DNA from: Octopus sinensis
Lineage: Eukaryota
Length of the DNA: 18,113 nucleotides
NCBI RefSeq assembly: GCF_006345805.1
Contig: NW_021825001.1
Span: forward strand, 1 to 18,113
Direction: 5' to 3'
Shown piece by piece: positions 1 through 10,869 of this stretch. Both the position numbers and the translations under genes were made by a program. A model generated the notes under the pieces. It was not told where the DNA came from. It did no database searches and was given only the letters and a program-made list of their open reading frames with translations. Position 1 is the first letter of the stretch. Each line of letters opens with the position of its first letter.

Positions 1-6
1 ACTTAC

Positions 7-41
7 TAACAGTCAGCCATTTCGCGTCTGGCTGACCGTTC
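7..41 (-). other. Candidate 35-nt internal exon of a minus-strand gene
   Basis: Minus strand reads gttgtatttttgtatttAG|gaacggtcagccagacgcgaaatggctgactgtta|GTAAGT: T-rich acceptor, consensus donor, and GC-richer than the flanks. Two frames are open (ERSARREMADC or NGQPDAKWLTV). No recognisable protein. Confidence 0.25.
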
Positions 42-57
42 CTAAATACAAAAATAC

Positions 58-210
58 AACACACACACACACACACCACACACATGTATTATATAATATA
101 TATATATATTATAGATATATATATATATATATGTTATATATATATATATCAATAGATAGATAGGTAGATCAACATATATAGATAAACATATCTATATCTA
201 TATATATATG

Positions 211-258
<48 letters not shown>
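58..258. repeat. Compound (CA)n / (TA)n microsatellite
   Basis: Directly visible CA and TA dinucleotide tracts with interruptions. Confidence 0.95.
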
Positions 259-260
<2 letters not shown>

Positions 261-967
261 GCGTTCAGCAAAATTTAGTTTCAGAAATATGGTACTTAAG
301 TTATTTTGTATGGTATTATCCATATAAATCAAATGGGATGATTATAATCAAATAAGCAACAAGGATATCCAATGTAGTGTAGTACAATCGTTTCATGCTA
401 CTTTATTTTATTAAACACTGTGAGTATTACATCAGTTTTAAAATGTCGAGCAATCTTCACCCACATATAGAATTTTTTAATTAAACGGACAATGCACATT
501 TTTATACTTATTTCATTTGCCAACATTACAAACAGTGTAGATATATAGACAGAGATGTTAATTTCATCATTAAGAACATGGTGGTAGTATGTTATTCTCC
601 ATCTGTAGATTTAATATATATATGTATATACACTCAGATATGTAGCTGTACATAAACAGACGTATACATATAGGCGTGGGGGTCCGTACATATCTCCCAT
701 TGTATATCGCTATGTATGTGTCTATGTGTGGGGAGGTGGAATGCTCACCGAAGAGAGAGATTTTTAGAGACAATGCGAGACAGAGCGATCGAGACAGAGA
801 GAGAGAGTCGAACGGATACACTGACACATACAAACATAAAACGATAAAGAAGAAGAACCGAAAGAAACGCTTGAACTGTATTAACACAAAGATTCTATAC
901 CCGATCGAATTATGTGAATTTAAATGACAATTCAGGATTCGAATATCTAACACAGGAAAAAAAAATA

Positions 968-1565
968 TTAATATATACCTATGGTTATACATATGTATAT
1001 ACATGTATATATGTGCATATTTGAGTGTATATATATATATGTTACTACTATATGCGTGTGTGTGTGAGTATACATATTAATTTATATATATACATATAAT
1101 ATTTATATATATACATATATATATATATATATAATATATATATTATATATATGTATAGACATTTATGTGTGTATTTATTATATACATACATAAATGTATA
1201 TAATACTATATGCGTACATATACATATACTTATATATATATATATATATATATAATTCATGTGTATATATGTACGCATATTCATACTTATACATACATCT
1301 ATAGACGGATAGTTAGACCGATAGATAGATACACGTATATATATATAATTTACTAATTTGTATATATATATATATATATATATACATCCATATCTACATA
1401 TATAGATATACACATACATACATATAAACATGCATTTATGCGTAGATGCATATCTACATACATGAGCACATACATGCATAACTACATGATACATATCTAC
1501 ATACTTACATACTTACATACATATATGCATACATGCATATATGCATATATACATATGCGTTATGA
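968..1565. repeat. Degenerate (TA)n/(CATA)n/(TG)n low-complexity tract
   Basis: Mostly alternating purine-pyrimidine sequence; the ORF over it is Y/I/C/M-rich artefact. Confidence 0.9.
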
Positions 1566-1796
1566 TATATATTTGCGAATAGAAAGCAAAGAATGATATA
1601 ATCTATCTATAAACGATGTTGAGTTTATGTACAGAGGTTAATAACCACTGAATGACTCCATTGTTACTCGGAGTTTCACACACGTAAATTATACACGGTG
1701 TCTTTCATACAATAGAAGTTACTGAATATAATTCCGAAGAATACATACACCTGATTTACGAGTGTCTTCGAGTATATACAGAATAAATCGGCAGCA

Positions 1797-1958
1797 CTAT
1801 ATATGTGTTTGTATGTGTGCGTGTGTGTGTGTTTGTGCATGTTTGTCTCAGTACTTGCGTGTATATGTGGTGCGCGTGTGTGTGTATTGTATATATGTGT
1901 GTATGTATTCACTATTACCATATAAAATTATATATATATATATATACGTATATATATA
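1797..1958. repeat. (TG)n then (TA)n microsatellite
   Basis: Directly visible. Confidence 0.9.
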
Positions 1959-2478
1959 AAACACTACACGAAAATACCTCCTACAAACGAAAAACAAAAT
2001 GGAAGGTATATAGAAAGCGAGGTAGGTGAAGGAGTTATCTTTTCTTGAAAAAGTCCATGCATAGAATTATATTGTTCAATAAGAAACGCTACATTCTCGA
2101 TTCATTTACATAAAATGAACGTTATATTTAGAAAATTGGTTACATGTTTCAATCTATCTGATTTGTTGTTTTCCAATATGTTTATTTTTGTAATTTATTT
2201 TATTTCATTCTATTTATTATTTATTTTTTGTACTGTCTAAAACGACTGTCTGTAAAGAATCGATTGAAGCAAATATATTCCACATTGCCGAAATTTATTG
2301 CATCTTTTTTTTTCTTTACTTGGTTATGTTTTGGTTAGTGTGCGCGCGCGTGTGTCTTGTTTTAAATTTTGTTAAAAAATATAAAAACAAAGAACAAAAA
2401 ATTCTGAAATAATTTTTTTAAAAATTATTCTGAATATTGATCTCTTTGACGTATTTAGTTTTGCAATGTTTTGCTTTA

Positions 2479-2536
2479 AATAATAATAATAGTCATGAAA
2501 ATAATAATGATAATGATAATAATGATAATAATAATA

Positions 2537-2575
<39 letters not shown>

Positions 2576-2736
2576 TGATGATGATGAAGAAGAAGAAGAA
2601 GAAGAAGAAGAAGAAGAAGAAGCAGGAGAATAATAATAATAATAATAATAATAAGAAGAAGAAGAAGAAGAAGAAGAAGAAAGAAGAAGAATGACAACGA
2701 TGATGATGATCACCATCATGATCATGATCATGACTG

Positions 2737-2795
<59 letters not shown>

Positions 2796-2806
2796 GTGAT
2801 GATGAT
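2479..2806. repeat. Compound trinucleotide array (AAT)-(GAT)-(GAA)-(AAT)-(GAA)-(GAT)
   Basis: Directly visible adjacent trinucleotide tracts. Confidence 0.95.
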
Positions 2807-4149
2807 TTCAAACCTGACATTTGAACATGAATAGAGACTTTTTAGTGTTTTGTTTTTTGTTTGTTTATTTTTTTGTTTTAGTTTCTGGGGTTTTTTGTTG
2901 TTATTTTTTTGTTTTTATATTCTTTTAATTCTTTTCAATGCAAAAAATGTTCGCATTGTTGGATTTGAAACGTAAAACGGCATAACGTAAGACATATCCG
3001 ACATCTTGTTTTTTCCTCTTTTGTAATTATTTGCAGAATAACTAACATTCTATAAAGTTTGAAGTAATAACACACTTCCTTAGTCTGTAAAGTATTCCTT
3101 TACTTACAAATTCACTATTTTCTTTATCTGTTTTCCTTCTCATTTTCATTTCATTACTATATTTTTTGTCAATTCAGTGGTTGTCGTTTCACTGTTGTGA
3201 ACATTCGATACTATTGTGTTCAAAGACGGCGCTAATTCAGAGGAAGTCGTAGAATACTGATTTAAATGTTTTCCTATGGTTGTGGTGAAGAGTTATATCA
3301 GTCCTGTATATACTCCGATCTTACAAAGTTTTCATAAGACTTATTCAGTTGTGACCAGATGCACTTTTAATCGCATAGTAATGTATAATTTCGTTTTTTT
3401 TTTATGTAGGATTTGACTGCTAAATTTAGCAAGACGAATATTGTTGTAGGTAATGTGGTGATTGCATTTCCTTGGGCTTGCTAGATTTTGATAGGTTTTA
3501 AATCCCTTGGTAGACATGATTAATGAAACTTGCGTCTAACATAGGCGGAAGACCAACAAGTTTTAGGGATGCACTTTCTTAATTGCATCGACTCCAGTAC
3601 TTAACTAGTGCAGTATTTTATCGACGTGCAGAGATTAATCAAAGAAGAAGTTTACCTCGTTGTGATTTGAAATCGAAAGCAAAGATCTAGAATGAAAAGC
3701 GAAAGGTACTCTTTCCGATGCTTCATCGAATTTGCCATTTAACCTTTAAAGCAAATCTTTGATCAAAAACATACCACAATATCTGCATTTTGCTATATTT
3801 AGGATATGCGAAACCGAATTATCGCACATATTCTTACATTTGTATAAGAAAGTAGGGTGAATTTCGAGGCGGATTTTATTAATATTTCTAGCAAATCGTG
3901 CGGACATTAATCGATGGCCCCATTTGTATTTACTATTCTATATACAGACTTGTATATATCTACTCTAATAAATTTACCATTCTGCTTTTCTTTCACGGTT
4001 CTTATTCAGTACTATTTCACTCTCTGTTGGAAAATGGAACTGGTAATTTCCATTATCCTTTGTTGCGAATTATCATCAAACATTCTCCTTTTGAACTACT
4101 AACAGACCTTATCACGGAACTATGTAAGGTATATACATTTCATTCTGGT

Positions 4150-4303
4150 GCTACATTCATTTTCGAGTTCAAATTTAACTGAGGTTGATTTTGCTTTTTA
4201 TCGATCTTGGATCGATAAAATAACTACCAGTTGAGTACTGGGGTCGGTGTAATCGATTTACCTCCTGCCTCAATAATGCTGGCCGCGTGCTAAAATTTGA
4301 GTC
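4150..4303 (+). mobile_element. Diverged, partial family-B tRNA-derived SINE (B6)
   Basis: gagttcaaatttaactgaggttgattttgc...gatcgataaaataactaccagttgagtactggggtcggtgtaatcg...gtgctaaaatttgag aligns by eye to the B copies at 6796 and 11765; head degraded, no tail. Confidence 0.75.
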
Positions 4304-5024
4304 ACCAGATCGAGTCAACCACTATGTATGTGTGAATTGTGACTTATTGTTCTTATGGTTGATGATATTAATGTCATCCTTTGACCCATGTTCCATCGAA
4401 CTTACGGTTGACGATCAACGATATCGCCATTGTGACCATCTTATCTTTTAACAGACGCAATATTTTAACTGACACAATATTATTCAATTATATTTCTTTG
4501 TATAGACCGCAGGATGACCTGAGAGAGATTTCAGTGACATTTCTAACAGATGACATAACACCAGAAAAGATACCATCATTGATAAATCGATATATTGTAC
4601 GGCTGGGATTGAAACGTAGAACTTCGAATGACAAATTGTACAAGAATAAAAAAAATTCTAGCCATCTTTCATTCAGCTACATCACACATACATACACAGA
4701 AGTACCGATATCGTGTTCATACTTATGAATACAGCGTATCAATTGCGTCAACGCAGAATCGATATCGTATCACAAACTCTACCGATGACATAGCATCGAG
4801 AATCTGATACATGTATATCACATGAGAACTTAATCTTTCATTTATCAAACTCACGCATTTTTTATATGTATTTTTATTGCATTATTGATAATTGTATAAA
4901 TACTATATTGAGTGAGATATTTTTTTCTTTTGATTTCTAATTAAAATATGATTAAGTTAATGAATCTGTTAATTAGATATTACAACGTTATACACACGAA
5001 AGAGCTTCACTTTTATTGAGAATA

Positions 5025-5550
<526 letters not shown>

Positions 5551-5789
5551 GTATGTATCTCGAAAGCTATTCATCTATTGTGAGTCAGGGATTTTTTTTT
5601 GATATTTCTATATTGTAATTGACGTAAACTGAAACCGACTTTCATTACATCTCGCCCTATTTAAACCAATTTCTAATTCGATCCTATATTATATGATCCC
5701 TATAAAAGGTATGTAATTATCTGTTCGCATTTCATCAGATAGATGCCCGGTTTAATAACTATAGATAATTACTTTTAATTCTCTCCACC

Positions 5790-6345
<556 letters not shown>

Positions 6346-6425
6346 TTATACTTATTTTCATTTCAGTATTTTCTGCATTTTTTGTTTTTTTTCTTGTTCT
6401 TTTTGCAGGGGGTGAGATGAGGTGG

Positions 6426-6427
<2 letters not shown>

Positions 6428-6472
<45 letters not shown>

Positions 6473-6500
6473 GATATATATATATATAATATATATATAT
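6428..6500. repeat. (TA)n microsatellite
   Basis: Directly visible. Confidence 0.95.
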
Positions 6501-6795
6501 TTAGAGGGCGATGAATGAGAAAAAGATTGATGGAAGCCAGATTTAATTGAATGTGCTGTAATATAGCTTGTGGTGATAGTTTTGGCTCTTTGTACCCCGA
6601 GTTCGCTTCCTGCCGAAATCAGCTTTCCTTTTACAGTTTTTCGGAATCGATAAAGTATCAATCAGGTACACGATCGATGCTATCGATAAACCACTTCATC
6701 CTAAAATTACTAGTTTGGGGCTAAAACTAGAAGAAATTATTATTATTAATATCCTGATTATTATTACTATTATTATTATCATCATCATCATCATC

Positions 6796-7010
6796 AAGGA
6801 GGCAAGCTGGCAGCATCGATAGCGCACCGGGCGAAATTCTTAGCGTTACTTCGTCTACTGCTTCATTCTGAGTTCAAATTCCGCCAGGGTCGACTTTGCC
6901 TTTCATCCTTTTGGGGTCGATAAAATTAGTACCATTTGCGCACAGCGGTCGATGTAATCGATTTAGTCCTTTCCCCACAATTTTGAGGCCTTGTACTTCC
7001 AGTAGAAAGG
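6796..7010 (+). mobile_element. Family-B tRNA-derived SINE (B1), octopus OK/OR1/OR2-type (exact family unassigned)
   Basis: A-box-like gctggcagcatcg, B-box-like gagttcaaattcc, central gtcgactttgcctttcatcctt..ggggtcgataaa..agtacc, 3' ggccttgt..agtagaaagg followed by an ATT tail; homologous to five other copies in the window. Confidence 0.9.
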
Positions 7011-7031
7011 ATTATGATTATTATTACTCTT

Positions 7032-7245
7032 AAGTTGGTGAGCTGGTAGAATCGTTAGCAATCTGGACAAAATGCTCAGTGGTATTTCACCCGAAGCTAC
7101 GCTCTGAGTTGAAATTCCACCGAGGTCGAATTTGCCTTTCATTCTTTCGCGGTCGATAAATTACGTACCAGTTGCCCTCTGGGGTCAACGTAATCAACTA
7201 GTCTCCTCCCTCCAAATTTTAGACCTTGTCCCTTTAGTAGAAAGG
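7032..7245 (+). mobile_element. Family-B SINE (B2), head-to-tail behind B1, with (ATT)n tail 7246-7314
   Basis: Same A/B boxes, central domain and 3' end as B1. Confidence 0.9.
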
Positions 7246-7255
7246 ATTGTTATTA

Positions 7256-7314
<59 letters not shown>

Positions 7315-7840
7315 GAGTGGGAGAGTAGTGCATGCCAGGAAAGTGACAAAGGGGTAAAATATACGAAGCCCAGTATGCCATCAGGACTACCTCTCTGATA
7401 AGGGTACACTAGTTACATGCATCATCACCATATGTGCCCGACATGGTAAACTCATATCAAGATAAATAACACATGGCCTTGCAGGTGGGGCCCAGTTAGA
7501 ATTTTCTTCTGGTCGAGTACCCATCCAGGACAAAAGGTCCCTGAATAAGGATTGTTTAAGGATGTTGAATGAAACACCCATGTTTCCAAAGGTGACTTAT
7601 CCAAACACACAGGTATGACGCTCCCCCACTACTTCTGCTTTTGATCAGAGATGCACATATCGTCAGCCTCTAAGGGACATGCTCAACTGGTTAAGGTCAA
7701 GCAACTGGCAAGCAAATCTGTGGTATTGTGACGAATATTTGCTGTAGCCCATCTTTTATACCAAGACAAAGCAATGTACATGATAACACTTCCAATCAGT
7801 TAAGATCAGCAACCACGAGAGCCACTTCCTGGTAATGCAT
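7315..7840 (-). mobile_element. ~525 bp non-coding element embedded in (ATT)n; probable microsatellite-associated dispersed repeat
   Basis: Complex, GC-richer block with sharp boundaries and (ATT)n on both sides; no meaningful ORF and no clear B box. Strand assigned only by assuming an (AAT)n tail. Repetitive nature is inferred and needs a genome search. Confidence 0.55.
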
Positions 7841-7848
7841 TATTATTA

Positions 7849-7879
<31 letters not shown>

Positions 7880-8102
7880 ATTATTATTATTATTATTATT
7901 ATTTTATCATTTTATTATTATTATTATTATTATATTATTATTATTATTATTTTATTATTATTACGACCATTCATTATATTATTATTTTATTATTATTATT
8001 ATTATTATTATTATCATTATCATATTATTTAATATTATTATTTATTATCATTATTATATAATTATTATTATTATTTCATTATTATTATTATGATTATTAT
8101 TA

Positions 8103-8163
<61 letters not shown>

Positions 8164-8209
8164 TATTATAATTATTATTATTTATTATCATTATTATTAT
8201 TATTATTAT

Positions 8210-8259
<50 letters not shown>

Positions 8260-8267
8260 TACCATTA

Positions 8268-8319
<52 letters not shown>

Positions 8320-8327
8320 TACCATTA

Positions 8328-8388
<61 letters not shown>

Positions 8389-8412
8389 TATTATAATTAT
8401 TATTATTTATTA

Positions 8413-8470
<58 letters not shown>

Positions 8471-8480
8471 TACTATTATT
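7841..8480. repeat. ~640 bp (ATT)n tract with internal higher-order duplications
   Basis: Directly visible; 8221-8280 and 8281-8340 are identical 60-mers containing the variant ACTACCATTATC. Confidence 0.97.
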
Positions 8481-8765
8481 GATAATTTGAGTCAGGTTCG
8501 TTTTCATTCCTGGTAAAATTATTATGGATAGTGTGCTACTACCTGTAACCTTAGGTATACACAGCCTTGCAATAGTCTTTCAATACTCTTGATAATCTTT
8601 CCTGTCCCTAAGAGGCAAACTTTCTGTAGAAGCTCTACAGGAAATTCTATTCCAATCTCCTTCAACCATTTGTCTACTTACATTTCCCAAAGCACCAATT
8701 ATTACAGGCACAACCCTTTCAGTTTTCATCCTCCAAATTCTTGCTCTTTCATATGTTAAGGGATT
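8481..8765 (-). mobile_element. 5'-truncated non-LTR retrotransposon 3' end, R4/Dong-like (restriction-like endonuclease C-terminus plus 3' UTR)
   Basis: Minus strand translates LTYERARIWRMKTERVVPVIIGALGNVS and, after a frameshift, DKWLKEIGIEFPVELLQKVCLLGTGKIIK. This matches the characteristic RLE-LINE C-terminus (EI.R.W...VVP.I.GALG...W....G......LQK..LLGT..I). About 90 nt of 3' UTR runs directly into (AAT)n. Confidence 0.82.
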
Positions 8766-8953
8766 GTGTTTTTGTTTGTTTTTCTTTCTTTCCTTCTTTC
8801 TATTTTTCTCTTTGCTTTTCATCCTCGTCCTTTATTTTCCTGAAGTCAAACGGAAATGGGGAATTTCGATGTACCTAACGTATTATCTTTACGTCTGGTC
8901 TATTATTTCCTAGTATCTTATCCGTTTGAATAGAAAATTCCCATAGAATTTTT

Positions 8954-9397
8954 CAGGAGTGTCTGTGTGGTAAGTAGGTTGCTTACGAACAACATGGTTC
9001 CGGGTTCAGTCCCACTGCGTGGCATCTTGGGCAAGTGTCTTCGTGTCTTCTAGTATAACCTCAGGCCGACCAAAGCTTTGTGAGTGGATTTGGTAGACGG
9101 AAACTGAAAGAAGCCCGTCGTATATATGTATATATGTGTGAGTATGTGTGTGTGTGTACATGTGCGTGTGTATGTTTGCGTGTCAGTGTTTGTCCTCCCC
9201 CCAACATTGCTTGACAACCGATGCTGGTTTGTTTACGTCCCCGTAACTCAGCGGTTCGGCAAAAGGGACCGATAGAATAAGTACTAGGCTTACAAAGAAT
9301 AAGCCCTGCGTGTCGATTTGCTCGAATAAAGGCAGTGCTCCAGCATGGCCACAGTCAAATGACTGAAACAAGTAAAAGAGTAAAGAGTAAGAGAGTA
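8954..9397 (+). mobile_element. Family-A tRNA-derived SINE (A1) with internal (TA)(TG) microsatellite
   Basis: A box gtgtctgtgtgg, B box gggttcagtccc, CORE-like tcttgggcaagtgtctt, internal (TA)/(TG), 3' cagtcaaatgactg and (AAGAGT)-like tail; homologous to four other copies. Confidence 0.92.
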
Positions 9398-9399
9398 TT

Positions 9400-10242
9400 C
9401 TCCAACTCCAGTCAGTTGTTACCGCTTTCGTTTAACACAGCAACTCTGCAGGAACGTGCAACAAAAGACAAAGTGTCAACAACCAGTGACGTGCGATAAA
9501 ATTTTTCACTAAGATCTCAAGATACTATCGGTGAACTCATGGGATGCTGCGCAACACATTTTTCTATGGATGATGTACTTTCACATTTGTTCATATCTTT
9601 TCGTTCCTGTTTGTGAACTTCGTACTTAAAGAACCAAAATCTCAAAAACCTACAGGTACAACAGTTGCCTTCTCTTATGCCCACTGTCTTTACTTCCCAC
9701 TTCAGATCAGGTTTCAATAGAACATCAGGTTGTGTCTTTCATGGAATTCCAAGGATATTTTTCACTTTGAACTTGTCGCAGATAGTCATACCGGGAACGC
9801 TAACCTTTATTCTCAACAACTTTAGTAAGTATATGGTGTTTTGAAAGCCCGCTACACAGCGCTGGTCACCCGAAATTGTGCACACCTACAGCATAAAAAA
9901 AGTGCCAATGTGACCAAGCGCAAACTTATGTAACTTGAGGTCTGGAAGTGCTGCGTTGTCGTGCAAACAGTCCAGATTACCATCCGATTACGTTTTTCGA
10001 GCCGTGGTTGATTTCTTACATGGACAGAGGATCAACATTATGGATGAGATTGAAGATTAAAGCATGGATATTGTTTTGTCTCTAAGGCGCAGGAGTGGAT
10101 GTGTGGTAAGTAGCTTGCTTACTAACCACATGGTTCTGGGTTCAGTCCCACTGCGTAGCACCTTGGGCAGGTGTCTTCTACTATAGCCTCGGGCCGACCA
10201 AAGCCTTGTGAGTGGCAGACGGAAACTGAAAGAAGCCCGTCG

Positions 10243-10280
<38 letters not shown>

Positions 10281-10567
10281 CGTGCGTGCGCGTTTGCGTC
10301 TGTGTTTGTCCCTCCCAGCATCGCTTGACAACCGATGCTAGTGTGTTTACGTCCACGTAACTTAGCGGTTCGGCAAAAGAGTTGGTAGAACAAGTACTAG
10401 GCATACAGAGAATAAGTCCTGAGGTCGATTTGCTCGACTAAAGGCGGTGCTCCAGCATGGCCGCAGTCTAATGACTGAAACAAATAAAAGAGTAAAAGAA
10501 AAACTGGCGTGGAATTGAACTTCTTGTACAAAGATGGCACGAGACGTTACAATATCCGATAGAATAA
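9400..10567 (+). mobile_element. Decayed mariner (DD34D-type) transposase remnant, interrupted by SINE A2
   Basis: Collinear mariner-like blocks across stops and frameshifts: TATLQERATKDKVSTTSDVR (HTH-like), IRLCLSWNSKDIFHFELV (9724-9777), TGNANLYSQQL**VYGVLKARYTALVTRNCAHLQH (9790-9894), SANVTKRKLM*L, EVLRCRANSPD (9945-9977), PSDYVFRAVVDFLHGQRINIMDEIED (9980-10057), and after the SINE GIELLVQRW...IE* (10511-10567). No TIRs identified; non-functional. Confidence 0.85.
10085..10500 (+). mobile_element. Family-A SINE (A2), full length, inserted in the mariner remnant
   Basis: ggcgcaggagtggatgtgtggtaag...gggttcagtcccactgcgt head (acceptor-stem-like GCGCAG/CTGCGT), internal (TA)(TG), complete 3' half and A-rich tail. 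Confidence 0.95.
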
Positions 10568-10831
10568 ACACTTTTCATGAATAAACACTTTGAACACATA
10601 ATTAAATATTGAAACACAAAAAATAAAACTTTTAATTTCATTAATGCTCACACTTGGATGTGTGCCTAGCCAGCTCAACCAACACACTAACTCAACCACC
10701 TATTTACGAACATCGGGGCTTTATTAATTCAAAATGTCCTCTCACTTTGCTTGCGAGAGATTTGAGCTCTCTGAAGAAGAACTTAAATAAAACGCAAAGA
10801 AAAACATGCGCATAAACATATATAGATACAC

Positions 10832-10834
<3 letters not shown>

Positions 10835-10866
<32 letters not shown>
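10835..10866. repeat. (TA)n microsatellite
   Basis: Directly visible. Confidence 0.95.

Positions 10867-10869
<3 letters not shown>

Noticed and set aside
2800-2815. Minus-strand tttgaaatc followed by (ATC)n, like the B5 3' end
   Set aside because: Only about 9 nt match and no SINE body is adjacent.
3656-3686. Minus-strand 31-nt exon-like interval (cttttcattctAG...gag|GTAAAC)
   Set aside because: Moderate donor only and no recognisable peptide; such site pairs are common by chance in AT-rich DNA.
6640-6690. Cluster of ATCGAT palindromes, and similar CGATATCG/TGCGT-CA-ACGCA palindromes at ~4700-4800
   Set aside because: Short motifs without regular spacing or extended similarity between the two sites; cannot be distinguished from chance.
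9782-9824. Plus-strand 43-nt exon-like interval (cgcAG...ta|GTAAGT)
   Set aside because: Lies inside the mariner remnant, which explains the sequence; no independent support for exonisation.
9930-9970. Minus-strand peptide CLHDNAALPDLK resembling the mariner HDNA motif
   Set aside because: Coincidental. The collinear mariner motifs are on the plus strand, and the minus-strand flanks show no other transposase motifs.
10085-10160. tRNA-like heads of family A and B elements as tRNA genes
   Set aside because: No proper anticodon arm, and they continue into shared SINE bodies; they are SINE promoters, not tRNA genes.
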